64,000 bases of DNA from Minutocellus sp. GHC0000111 (taxonomy: Eukaryota), in the NCBI GenBank assembly GCA_977018835.1, contig OZ361257.1:2046001-2110000 (forward strand). Reading direction: 5' to 3'. Made by a program: the position numbers and the translations under genes. The notes beneath the pieces were generated by a model. The model saw only the letters and a program-made list of their open reading frames with translations. It had not been told where the DNA came from and made no database searches. Shown here piece by piece: positions 23,390 to 34,036 of this stretch (its first letter is position 1; each line of letters opens with the position of its first letter).

Positions 23390-24985
23390 TTACCAATCCT
23401 CCAACACAGCCGTGCAGTCTCCAACTGTCGCTGCACCGCCGGCCAAACGCTCGGTCAGTTCCTCCACCATGCTGCGATTGTCCCTCAACAGCGCATCGGC
23501 CTCGGCATGGGCCCATCGCAACACCGCATCGGCATTCTGCTCGGCAAATTCTGGATCTCCTCCTCCGAGCAAATCGTTCACCACCTCCACGGCCTCGGCA
23601 CTGACGGAACCGGCCCGCTCCCTCAACCGCCTGAGCAGGCCCGCCCCCTCCCGCGGATCGGACGCGATGATATGCGCGTGGCGGCCGTTCTCCATGGCCA
23701 CCGGGGCCATGATCCAGATCAGGACCTTGAGGATGCCGGCATCCGACAACAGCGAGTCGACGTTCTGCGAGTACGAATCTTGTTTGGTGCTTTCGAATAT
23801 CAGGACGGCCCCCTCCAACGCATTGGGTCGGAAGGCAAAGCACGGCAGACCGAGGGCGTAGGCCACAAACAGCGCGGCGGCCTCGCATTGACATTCTCGT
23901 TCGGTATCCACCGACAAGAGTCGGGTCAGCCCCCGGACGACCGTGCCGGTGATCTTGCCCTGTCCCAACCCCAGGGGCACGTCCTCCTTGTCGGGCAGGC
24001 TGGCATCCTTGATGGCGTCGGGCATCCGATCCCTCTGGGTGCTGGCCAGCAGAGAGGTTCCGCCCTTGAGGGCATCGTAAAAGTTGTCGACGATGCCCAC
24101 CGTCAGGGCGGTGCCGATGACGAGATCGGCGGGTCCCTGCAGATCTTCCAGACCGAACAGACCCCCGACGAGTCGAACAAAGATACAAAATCCCAATACG
24201 CCCATGGCGGCCATCGCGGCGGTAACTTCCGTGGTCCGATCGTCCGTGGGTACATCTTGCAGCAGACTCAACCGTTCGTCTCTCGTGCGACTCACCCCAT
24301 CGGGACAAACAATCCGTGCATTCGGGTTGGTCGGTATCGGGGTAACGAACGACTGCAAGCTGCCATAGTTGCGGATGCCCCCATTCGTTTTGCCCAGGCT
24401 CAGGACGGCGGCCATGGCGGCGGCGCTCTCGGTGACGACGGTGGCATCGATGAGGGCCGAGAGGGAGCGGGGACTGGCCCGGACGCGCCGGCCGTTCATC
24501 TCCCGGAGGAGGGAGAGCGGATCGGACAGGGTGGCGAAGGCCCGCTCGGTGGGGGACAGGGCGGCGAGGCGGGCGGCCTGTTGGGCCTCTTCGGCCGAAA
24601 AGCCGGTTGGTCCGTCTATGTCTGCTGCATCGCCATTATTGTCATCGGGAGGTGCAGCAGTTTGCTTTTGTTCTCCGTCGAGTATCTTGGCACAAAGTCC
24701 GGTCAGCACGGCGTCGTACTGATCGCTCTGGCTCAGGGCCGAGAAGGCGTCGTTCAGCAACGATGCGCCCGCGGAACCAAACGATATGCCCGTATTGCTG
24801 GAGCCATTGGGTTCCGAGTAGATGGCACTGCTGAATGGTACTGGTATTGTTGCGGCTATGTCTTGAGGCCTCGCTTGGGTCGTTGGATGTTGAACGTATC
24901 CTTTGGAGGGGAGGAAGGCATTTGATGTGCCGACTATTATTGACGAGGTCGAGAGCAGCAGTGCCAAGCTCGGAGAGTGTGTCAT
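23390..24985 (-). CDS. Plastid-targeted membrane protein with a degenerate peptidase-M41 (FtsH protease-domain)-like C-terminus
   Basis: Presequence MTHSPSLALLLSTSSIIVGTSNA-FLP; two TM helices; ERECQCEAAALFVAYALGLP aligns with the family motif R..HEAGHFL.AYLLG.P; C-terminal A..LL..N....E.L...L.....VGDC. Confidence 0.7.
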   Translation of the reverse strand: MTHSPSLALLLSTSSIIVGTSNAFLPSKGYVQHPTTQARPQDIAATIPVPFSSAIYSEPNGSSNTGISFGSAGASLLNDAFSALSQSDQYDAVLTGLCAKILDGEQKQTAAPPDDNNGDAADIDGPTGFSAEEAQQAARLAALSPTERAFATLSDPLSLLREMNGRRVRASPRSLSALIDATVVTESAAAMAAVLSLGKTNGGIRNYGSLQSFVTPIPTNPNARIVCPDGVSRTRDERLSLLQDVPTDDRTTEVTAAMAAMGVLGFCIFVRLVGGLFGLEDLQGPADLVIGTALTVGIVDNFYDALKGGTSLLASTQRDRMPDAIKDASLPDKEDVPLGLGQGKITGTVVRGLTRLLSVDTERECQCEAAALFVAYALGLPCFAFRPNALEGAVLIFESTKQDSYSQNVDSLLSDAGILKVLIWIMAPVAMENGRHAHIIASDPREGAGLLRRLRERAGSVSAEAVEVVNDLLGGGDPEFAEQNADAVLRWAHAEADALLRDNRSMVEELTERLAGGAATVGDCTAVLEDW

Positions 24986-25174
24986 GGCTGCAGATTTATT
25001 TATATCTCGTCCCTGCCTTTGTGTCAAGCCAGCGGTGGCACTGCTGGCACTCTTCGAGCAGTGGCAACGTCGGCAACGGCACCGCCGATACGCCACCAAA
25101 ATGAGGCCGAAATTGTCGTATGCAGTCGTCATCGTCAAAAGTTCAAAGTGGAAACAGAGAGGCAAAGATGAGCC

Positions 25175-25222
25175 AAAAAGAAAAGAAGAAAAGAAAAGAA
25201 AAGAAAAGAAAAGAAAAGAAAA
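25175..25222. repeat. (GAAAA)n microsatellite
   Basis: About nine near-perfect aaaag units. Confidence 0.9.
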
Positions 25223-25506
25223 GAGGCAGGAGTTTGAAAATCTCGGCCACATCTCCCCACCAGCAAGGCAGGGAAGGCCAACAACCCGCCCGATTCTTCC
25301 TTTGCCTGTGATCGAACTCCGTATTCCTAGGGATCCTCCTTTTTATCGTTTTGATTTCTGCGGTGGCGACTTTGGCGTACTTTTAGTTTGTAATTGAGAC
25401 AGAAGATCGATCAGAGCAGGGAGTCGCAAGATACCGGGACCAGAGAGCATCACTCGAGAACGGAGAGAGCAAACAGCAGTCGGAGACTTCTACACTCATC
25501 AGTAGT

Positions 25507-26619
25507 ATGGGCAAGAAGAGCAAGAGGAAAGCTGTGAAGGCCGCTGCAGCAGCTGCTGGTACTACTTCGATGGGTGGCTATAGCAACGGCCAGCTCATCC
25601 TTGGCCCTCGGCCCGATGGCATCACCTGCACGAACGACGACCATAAATTATGTGCCTTGTGTTCTTCCGTTTTGCCCCCGGGGGACGTCTCCTACATGCT
25701 TAGAATCTGCTGCGGTACCAAAGTGTGCACTGAATGTGATTCAGAAGACCGGTGCGCATTTTGCAAATGCCTGAATGAGACTGCACAGCAGGCTGCTGCC
25801 CTAACCAAGAAGAGAGCGAAGAAGGGGTTTCCCTGGGCTTGCCATTTCTTGGCTGATTTGTATCTGGAAGGAATGCCCCTCTGCTTCCAGCAATCTGATT
25901 GGGAGGCGGTTCGGTGGTATGAAAAGGGAGCGTCACAAAATCATCCTCTCTCTTGCGTTTATCTTACAAAAGCATACCAGCAGGGCTTTGGTTGCAAGCA
26001 GGATCTTGAGAAAGCGCAGATAATGTTCGAGAAGGCCATACGACTTCGTGCTGAAGATTACACCACTTCTCTTGATCCTATTTTACGTATCGGGCACAAA
26101 CTTGCTCGTTTTTTTCTTGAAAATGATGAAAAGGAAAAGGGCCTTTCTTTATTGGTTCCGTTGGCAAAGAGAGGAATTGGCGGAGCGCAGGGACTGCTTT
26201 CCGCGCTACATGATGATGTTGGTGATCAAAAAGGTTTTCTATTCTGGGCTACAGTGTGTTCCGAAAATGCCTCAGATCCATTTGCTGCTCTTGATTGTGC
26301 GCTGGTAATTCCCAACTACGCTCTCAGTCGATGTTGGTACGGCATTGCGTCCAAGTTTGAGCTCGACGAACTGGATGAGTACCAAACCAAGTTGCTCAGG
26401 ACATCACGTACTGTCCTCTGTGGCATTCGGCAGGAATGCGCATGGTGCCAAACCAACCTCGACCGATCCACTCGCAAGATGTGCAAGGGCTGCAAGGCGC
26501 ATTGTTATTGTAGCGAGGGTTGTCAGAGAGCCCACTGGAATGCAGAGGAGAACGACCACAGGAGTGAGTGTCAGAAGGTGATGGAGGTCAAGAAGAAAGT
26601 TGCGGCGATGAAGAAGTGA
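25507..26619 (+). CDS. RING-like + SEL1 repeats + C-terminal MYND zinc finger protein (MGKKSKRK family, copy 1)
   Basis: CALC...CCGTKVCTEC...CAFC; AVRWYEKGA...GFGCKQDLEKA; ECAWC...CKGCKAHCYCSEGCQRAHW...HRSEC. Confidence 0.9.
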   Translation: MGKKSKRKAVKAAAAAAGTTSMGGYSNGQLILGPRPDGITCTNDDHKLCALCSSVLPPGDVSYMLRICCGTKVCTECDSEDRCAFCKCLNETAQQAAALTKKRAKKGFPWACHFLADLYLEGMPLCFQQSDWEAVRWYEKGASQNHPLSCVYLTKAYQQGFGCKQDLEKAQIMFEKAIRLRAEDYTTSLDPILRIGHKLARFFLENDEKEKGLSLLVPLAKRGIGGAQGLLSALHDDVGDQKGFLFWATVCSENASDPFAALDCALVIPNYALSRCWYGIASKFELDELDEYQTKLLRTSRTVLCGIRQECAWCQTNLDRSTRKMCKGCKAHCYCSEGCQRAHWNAEENDHRSECQKVMEVKKKVAAMKK

Positions 26620-26885
26620 AGCGAAGCGAAGCGAATGATACATACGGGGATATTATACTGGGCGTTCATAGTTCCTATTTTGGCGGTTTACAATCGTATT
26701 ATCCATCTTTAAAAAATAGATGATGAATACTTCGTAAGAGTGACACTTGTAGTGGCTGCTACATGTACCAATACATTTCAGCACCTTTAGCTCCCGATGA
26801 TTCCATCACATTACCGTTACAATAATGCAACAAAGGTAACCAATTTCGGGTGTTATCTGAACACTTTCAAATTTTACCACCAAAT

Positions 26886-28071
26886 CTAGTCCTGGCCTTG
26901 CTGCTCGTTCTCAATTGTCTTGAGCATATCCTTGGTCTCCTCGAAGTCGGTCTCCTGGATCTGGTCCTGATATCCGGCATCCACGATCTTGGTCAGCCAG
27001 TACTTGGCCATCTCACGATTCTTGGGGAGCGGATCGCCATGAAAGAACTCAAATCCGAGGTAATAGGCAGCTTCAGAGTGTGATGACGGAGATTTGAACA
27101 AAAGGAACATATGTGAGTTATTCAAGAATATCATTTGACGAAAACAATGACTCTGCAAAAGTTTTGGGTCATGATACATACGCATTATAACTTACCCAAC
27201 TCGCTACCACGCTCGGCGGCGCTGGCCATCATGATGGAGCCCTCCATCGGACTGGCAGTAACGCCCTCACCGTAGAACAAACAAAACCCCTGATGGCCAA
27301 GACCACGAGCGCTACCCAGCTGTGCAGCACGGCAGTACCACTCGTATCCCATGACCTTGTCCTGAACGAACCCATCGGACCCATCGAGGTATTCATTGCC
27401 CAGCAGGACCATGGCATTGGGATTGGGATTGGCCATATCGGCGGCCTTGCGGAACATCTCATCGACCTCGGCCCAGCGGTCGGCACCGTACTCGTCGTCA
27501 TTGTCCTCGAGGGCACCACTCTGCACGAGGGCGCGGATGGTCGTGCGGACGGACGCAGGAGCAGGCGTAATGGTTGTTCCCATGGCCTCATTCGTCAGGG
27601 GGGAGAGGAGGAAGGTGGGAGAGGAGGAAGGTGGGAGAGGACTTGGAGTTCTTTTTGAAGCGGTCAAAGTGAGCAAGGATGGCAGCACGGTTGTACGTGC
27701 GTCCGTCCTGAAAGTTGTGATGATGATTTTAGTGACGATTGATTCATTCAAATGCTTGATGAGAACAAAGTAGGAGAATCAAATTGATTGGTACGTTGAC
27801 ACCACACGATGTGAATGAATACATGCATTCAAACAATTGCGATTTTATACAGGCTTACCTCGGCAACGACCGGATCAAGAGGCAGCTTTTTGCCAATCGA
27901 GCAGAGGAACTGTCCGGCGATGCTGGCTATGGCCGCCTTCTGCCGCTTGTTCTCCTCCTGGAGTTCGATGGTCGTCAGCATGGACGTGTCGGCCGTCGCA
28001 TCCGAGGAATCCAAAGGTGAGACAGCCTCGGCCGAGACGGTGATGGAGGTACTCTTGCGCTTCTTGGGCAT
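26886..28071 (-). CDS. U-box + SEL1-repeat protein, about 3 exons; the middle of the U-box appears missing or damaged
   Basis: QFLCSIGKKLPLDPVVAE followed by a GTAAGC donor at 27858; SPLTNEAMG...VRTTIRALVQSG; SEL1 motifs (GYEWYCRAAQLG, AAERGS); donor near 27194 and last exon AAYYLG...AKYWL. Paralogous to the 19076 gene. Confidence 0.7.
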
Positions 28072-28436
28072 GGTAGGCGATGTGTGTTGGTGGTGCGGGA
28101 GCGGGCTGGTAGGAGTTCCTGCTAGTAGTCAGCTTTGGGCTAAGCAAAAAAAGGTGATGAAATCAATTGATGGAAATGATGCGGTATCTTGGCGTTCGCT
28201 AACAAAAATCGACATCTCGCTCATCGTTCTTTCGTCCTTTCCCCTCTTTTTCTGTGTATTTCTCAGAAACTGTTACCGATGATCATGAAAGGAGAGAGAG
28301 AGCACCGGTAACCCGAACGCTGCTTAAGATTTACCAGCCAATCTATTGTATACGAACGTATGTCTTCCCAAATAACTCTACATATTATTCGTTTACCTAC
28401 TTATGCCTCATTTCGGTGCTCTCTCTTTATCTCTGC

Positions 28437-29579
28437 TCATTCCTTCATCATCGCAATCTTCTTCTCGACCTCGATCGCCTTCTGACAATCGAATCTGTGA
28501 TCGCCCTCCCAATGCGCCGCCTGGCAATCGCGGCTACAATATCAGTGCGCCTTGCATCCTTTGCACAACTTGCGAGTTGATCTTTCAATACTGGAATTGC
28601 ACCATGCGCATTCCTGACGAAGTTGGCAAAGTACTTGATGGGCGTTCTTCAACAAGTTTTCCCGTTCCTCTCGAAATTTCAACTCATTTCCCCGTTGCAA
28701 TCGAAATTCATCATGAGCAAGATCAACCTTTGAAGCGACCTTAAACCGCATCCGAACCAGACAGAAATTCTCGATATTGATCGAGCTGGCGAGGGCAGAA
28801 AAGGGGCAGTCAGGACTCTCTGACGACTTTTTGTTACAACGCCAGGACCCTTCAAAGTCCTCAACCCGATCATAGAACACACTGAGCATTCCTAGTGCAG
28901 GTGTACACGATTTCTCTGCAAACGTCTCCATAACGGCCAAGACAGAAAGCCCCTTTTCGACCTTTCCATTCTCGAGAAGGGCTCTTGAAAGATCGTTGCC
29001 AGCCACAAGTACTTCTTGGTAGTCATATCCGACGGGGATACGCAACGCCTTCTCGAACGTGACAAGGGCCTTTTCCAGGTTGCGTTTGCAACCAAAGCCA
29101 TCGATCAAATGCTCTACAAGCTGGATGCACGAAACGGGGTGGCCTTGATCAGCCGCTTTTTCGCAAAGACGAAATGATTCCCCGCGTGACTGAAGAATAA
29201 ATGGAGGCATGCCTTTTTTATGGAGCATCCCCAAAAAGCGTTGCGCCCAGGCAAATCCCTCCTTGGACCTCTTCTTTGCAAAGCTAGCTACTGCGTCCTG
29301 ATACCAGGGTATTTTGCAGAAACAGCACCGCTCGTATGAAAAACAATCGGTGCAAACCATCGTGCCGCAACAGATGTTTAGCTGATGGAACCCTGGCTTC
29401 CACACTTTCATGGGGATTGCACAAGAACAGACGGCACAGGCGTACGGATCATCGTTTGTGGATGCGATACCATCGGGCCGAGGACCAAGAATAAGCTTAC
29501 TACCGCCTGAAACAGCAGTAGCGCCACCAGCAGCTACAGCAGCCGCCTTGGCTGCCTTCCTCTTGCTCTTCTTACCCAT
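28437..29579 (-). CDS. RING-like + SEL1 + MYND protein (MGKKSKRK family, copy 2) with an in-frame TGA at 28542-28544
   Basis: Same architecture as copy 1. After the TGA the frame continues YCSRDCQAAHWEGDHRFDCQKAIEVEKKIAMMKE to a stop at 28437. Confidence 0.85.
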
Positions 29580-30117
29580 GATGGACAGGGTGAGAAGCAG
29601 ATGGTCGGGTACTTTCTGGTCCCGTATCTTCCGAACCCACTGAGGAAGTCGAAGAAATTCAAATCAGCTCTAGAGCTCTGTATGATCAGCTCGAAAGTGG
29701 ACACACAATAACTGATAATAATGGAAGAGAATACGTTGCTATGGTGTGATTGGGCCTGGTCGCGATGTACTATTTGGCCCCATCGCCTGCAACTCTCGCC
29801 TTCTCGTGCCTTGCTTTTGCCGCAATGCAGGCTTGCTCCAAATTTCTTTTCCTTTTATTCCTTTTTGTTTTTCATATATAACTCCAACTGAAGCGAAGGA
29901 GCAAACAAAATGCAAAATGACGATGCAAAATCCGTGCCAAAAGTATTCAATTAGGTATTGAAAACGTTACGGATAACCATGTGGCTCTATTGTCGATCTG
30001 GCTTGTGTTCCGCCTTATTACAATCATATAGATCTCTACTACATGTACCGGTAGCCATGTTCAAACCATGAATCTGCTGATTCAATTCCTCCTTTTGAAC
30101 ACCGTACGGTAGTTTAC

Positions 30118-31359
30118 TTATTCATCTTCCAGCTGCGGATTATCAGCTCGGCATCTGTTCAAAATTTCCTCATCTTCTTGAACAATGCATTCGGAATGAT
30201 ACAATAAGTCCGATATCTTTCCCATTTCGGGACACAATTCCGTTTTGACGACCAGCTCGCCACTGCTCTCATCTCCCACAACACGCTTGATCCAGACTCC
30301 TGGCCGTCCCAAGCGCTCCTTGCAGAACGATACTTGCCGATCACCCGCAGACAATTTCGATGGCGATCCCTTGACACTGCCACCACCGGCATCGCCCATC
30401 CATTCCTCCAGCACCGACCCCTGCCTCCCTTCAATGGACAACACTCGGTACATATCGTCCTCCACGACCAGCGCCGCCCAATCATCAATGCCAATGCCAA
30501 GCTCCGTGGGATGCTGGAGCAGCATGGCATCGAAATCGTCCGATCGGTGCACACCGTTGGACTGGACCTTGTCGTGGTGGGGACACACCAGACCGGGCAG
30601 TATGCCCAGTGCCGGCACTCGCAGGTAGGACCACTCCTTGGGCCGTTCGCCCTCGGCCGGTGCCGCCGATATCTCAATCTTGCTGCTGCATGCTCCAGCC
30701 TTTTTGCTATCATCTGCTTCATCCTCATTTGTTGTTGCACTCGCAACCCCCTCGGGCACATACGTCTCCCTTCCAGCAAACTGCCTCTTCATCGCTTCCC
30801 GAAACGTCTCCGGGTCGGCCGAATCGCTGTGTCCCCCATCGAACCAGCATATGGCACCGGCGCTGCCACCGCATACGACCACGCCGCACTCCAGCGCGGC
30901 ACGACGGAGCATGTCATCTATACCTAGGTGGTGCCACCGATCGATGGCATACAGCGTGTTGCCACCGCTCACGAGGATGATGTCGGCCCAGCTACATATG
31001 CGGTGTTGCATCTCTTGAGCAGTTATGTCGGTTTTACTTGCCACGTCGAGACAATGCACTTGGCATTTGGCCCCACCACTCTCGCGACGACCAAAGGCGT
31101 CGGTCTGCATCGATCGGAATAGCGGCAGGTCGTACGTAGCCGTCCCGAGGTACAGCAGGTGGATGCTGGCCGCATCATCGTGCTCATCTTTGGCCCTTGG
31201 CTTGGGACGAGGCACCAACGACAGCACCTCGGACACCACGGCGGAATCGGTAAAGGGCGAGCACGAGCCTAGGAACAGGCCGCGGAGGGTTGGAGGTGGG
31301 ACGAATGGACGTCGTCGAACGGCATCGTCTTCTCGGGAATCTGAATTCCTGGTCGTCAT
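30118..31359 (-). CDS. Peptidase S51 family (dipeptidase E-like, class I glutamine-amidotransferase fold)
   Basis: YLGTATYD; ADIILVSGGNTL; GGSAGAICWF (nucleophile Ser); CPHHD; GIGIDDWAAL. Confidence 0.9.
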   Translation of the reverse strand: MTTRNSDSREDDAVRRRPFVPPPTLRGLFLGSCSPFTDSAVVSEVLSLVPRPKPRAKDEHDDAASIHLLYLGTATYDLPLFRSMQTDAFGRRESGGAKCQVHCLDVASKTDITAQEMQHRICSWADIILVSGGNTLYAIDRWHHLGIDDMLRRAALECGVVVCGGSAGAICWFDGGHSDSADPETFREAMKRQFAGRETYVPEGVASATTNEDEADDSKKAGACSSKIEISAAPAEGERPKEWSYLRVPALGILPGLVCPHHDKVQSNGVHRSDDFDAMLLQHPTELGIGIDDWAALVVEDDMYRVLSIEGRQGSVLEEWMGDAGGGSVKGSPSKLSAGDRQVSFCKERLGRPGVWIKRVVGDESSGELVVKTELCPEMGKISDLLYHSECIVQEDEEILNRCRADNPQLEDE

Positions 31360-31623
31360 CGTCGCTCGTCTCTTTGGCTGCCTGCCTTCTTGCTTCTTTT
31401 GTCAGTTCCATCCATCTTTTCGACTTTTATATGGGAGACTTCCATCTTTTTGTGGGCTACAATCTTCGTTTTGTTATCAAATAACATTTATGCCCGACAG
31501 GCTCGCCTCATCTTGCCTGATCGTGACGACGGGCCTCCTTCGTGATTTGTCATTCATGAATTGCATATCTCTTTGAGTCAGAGAGATACACCTAGGAAGA
31601 CACAGTCCCAAGATTGAGGCAAC

Positions 31624-33309
31624 ATGGCAGATCAGCCCACCATGCAGTCGAAAAGGCGGCGTCAACGGGCGATGGCTGTGATACCCACTTCACGTAAGCT
31701 GCTGCTCCTCTCCACCCTCGTTCTGGCACTTGCGCAACACTTGCCCCCCACAACCGCCGAGGAATGTGGCAACTGCTTCGGTGCCGGGGAGCCCGGCCAG
31801 TGCTGCAATACGTGCGACGACATCATCCGGGCCTACAAGAAGAAGAAGTGGGGCTACAAGGAGTCGGACTTTGGCCCGTGTCGCGATCGGGATGCCAAGT
31901 TTGCCCAGGAACACGACAGGTTGGAGAGGGAGAAGAAGGCCAAAAATAATAGCAACAATAAGAAGAAGCCTGCTGCTGTGCAAAATAACAACAATAATCA
32001 AAAGAAAGCCAAAGATGACGCGGCAGCACAAAAGAAGCGCGAGGAGGAGATTGCCGCCAAGCTGCAGCGGGGGGTGGAAGCCAAGAAGAAGCGTGAGGAG
32101 GCAGAAGCCCAAAAGAAAAAGGCCGAGGCCGCCCGCCAAAGAGAAATCGCCGAGCTGGTCAAGAAGGGTGCCGAGGAGGCTGCCGCCGCCAAGAAGAAGC
32201 GTGAGGAGGAGCAGAAACGTCAAAAGGAAGACGAGCTCAAGCGGAAGAGAGAACAGAAGGACGCCGCCGCCGCCAAGGCTGCCGCGGAGCGGAGGGCGCA
32301 GAAGCAAGAACGACAACATAAGCAGGCCAATCAACGGATGGCCAAAAAGAGCAAGTCAAACGACGACAAGTCTGAGGTCAAGAAGTATGATGACAAGCCA
32401 GAGAAAAGTTCAGCTGGAGATGATACCATGGTAGACCGGGTCAAGTCCAAGATACACGACAAGATACAGGACGTGCGAGATCATCACCCGCTAGTCGACA
32501 AGACGGCATCGGTGCTGGCCCAGACGGCTCATGTGATTGACGAGGTGGCCCACAAGGCCTTGGAATCGGAGGCCAGCCAGGCCACCCTTCACAAGGCCAA
32601 GGATGCATACGCTAGGGCATCGGAGGGTGCCAGCAGTGCGGCTCGTAAATTGGCCGACAAGGTTGCTCCGTCGGCATCGGCCAGGTATGTGTCGGAGAGT
32701 CATCATTCCCTCATTGGTGGGTTCATAGTAATTGTTCTTGGTAGCATAGCGGCCCTGTCAGCCTGTTCCTGCTACCTAAAGCAAAGCAAGAAGCGTCGAA
32801 TGTATCCCGGCATCCGGAAGGAGAAGGCCGATCTGGATTACGAAGGAGGGGACATTGAGGGCGGCGCCGTCTTTCGGGACTGCGGGGATAAGCAGCAGCC
32901 CTTCCAGCTGTACCACGAATTCGAGTACAAGATGCGACGGAGGTATCAAGGTTCGAGCTATTCGTATGCCGCGGCCGACAGCCCTCCTCAACCTGTTCGG
33001 ACGCCGCCACAGAGCATGCAGCAATCCAACACGTACACATATCGGCAGCACAGCGTTGGGAAGAACGGCGAGCCGGTCACTGTGACGTATTCGGAAGAGT
33101 ACAAGGACAAGCCCATAATATGCAAGGGCAAGAAAGGAGGCGGTTACTCTCCTCGAAGGAGGCTCCTTACGACTGTTCTTGGGGTGGCAGCTGTCGGATA
33201 TGTCGGGATGGCATATGTGATGCCCGCAGATATGACCTTTGGAGATTTATGGCTCTTGGCTGCAGAGTTTGTGGATGCAAAGCTTGGCCATCATGGGTTG
33301 GTACTGTAA
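31624..33309 (+). CDS. Signal-peptide membrane protein with an ERGIC3/Erv46-like Cys-rich module, a Lys/Glu coiled coil and 2 TM segments
   Basis: LLLLSTLVLALA signal; CGNCFGA....CCNTCDDIIRAYKKKKWG; long KKKREEE coiled coil; hydrophobic LIGGFIVIVLGSIAALSAC and LLTTVLGVAAVGYVGMAYV. Confidence 0.75.
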   Translation: MADQPTMQSKRRRQRAMAVIPTSRKLLLLSTLVLALAQHLPPTTAEECGNCFGAGEPGQCCNTCDDIIRAYKKKKWGYKESDFGPCRDRDAKFAQEHDRLEREKKAKNNSNNKKKPAAVQNNNNNQKKAKDDAAAQKKREEEIAAKLQRGVEAKKKREEAEAQKKKAEAARQREIAELVKKGAEEAAAAKKKREEEQKRQKEDELKRKREQKDAAAAKAAAERRAQKQERQHKQANQRMAKKSKSNDDKSEVKKYDDKPEKSSAGDDTMVDRVKSKIHDKIQDVRDHHPLVDKTASVLAQTAHVIDEVAHKALESEASQATLHKAKDAYARASEGASSAARKLADKVAPSASARYVSESHHSLIGGFIVIVLGSIAALSACSCYLKQSKKRRMYPGIRKEKADLDYEGGDIEGGAVFRDCGDKQQPFQLYHEFEYKMRRRYQGSSYSYAAADSPPQPVRTPPQSMQQSNTYTYRQHSVGKNGEPVTVTYSEEYKDKPIICKGKKGGGYSPRRRLLTTVLGVAAVGYVGMAYVMPADMTFGDLWLLAAEFVDAKLGHHGLVL

Positions 33310-33365
33310 CATTAGTCGTTTCGTATTTGTTATGTTTAAAAAGGGCTCTTCATTAGTGTAATCCA

Positions 33366-34036
33366 TTATTCGCAGATGACCTCCGCAACAGGCATATCTT
33401 CCATGCCCCCTCCTTCATCTACAATGGACGCCATAATGAGGTCTTCCTCTCCTTCGTCACCTTCAGTTGATTGGTCGACATAATCATCGGCACCGTTTGA
33501 CTCATCTTCTGATGCATCCGCTTTTGCATCGTCTTCCTCAACTGCCGAAGCTTGGGAGACATCATCTAATACATCTGCCTCCGCTTCTCCCTTTACAGAT
33601 CCTTCCATCTCTTCCCCAACGTTCTTCACAAACCGCCCCCCTACCCGTTTTGTTGCATTTTGCCTTATTTTGTCGTACTTCATACAGGACGTCGTTCGAA
33701 TAAAATCGCGCGATACGATCCTCGCGCTTGGAGTGGAAGCGTGCGATTCGTTCCTTCCTTGCCTCGGGCAGATACACGCCTACACGCCCCGCTCGATTCT
33801 TCATGTGCTCAGGACAAGTGCGACGAGGATCAACTGGTAACTTGAACAGTCTAGGACGCCCACCCTGTTTGATTCGCTTGCGTTTTCGCGATGGCGTCTT
33901 CACAGAATTGACAGGATCTGCCACCTCATCGTCCGCTTTCTGCTGCTCTGATAATACTTCGATGGCCAATTAATTTACCTCGATCCCGATTCCGATTGGG
34001 TTGCATCAGCAACTACTTTTGATGAATCACATTTCA
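33366..34036 (-). pseudogene. CCT-domain protein, frameshifted or degenerate
   Basis: RVGVYLPEARKERIARFHSKR in one frame and KYD....KRVGGRFVK plus an acidic tail in another. These are the two halves of the CCT motif. Confidence 0.65.

Noticed and set aside
23303..24925. 540-aa plus-strand ORF, and similar long antisense ORFs (3913-4779, 40050-40970, 61135-62076)
   Set aside because: These are shadow frames of GC-rich genes on the opposite strand and show no recognisable motifs.
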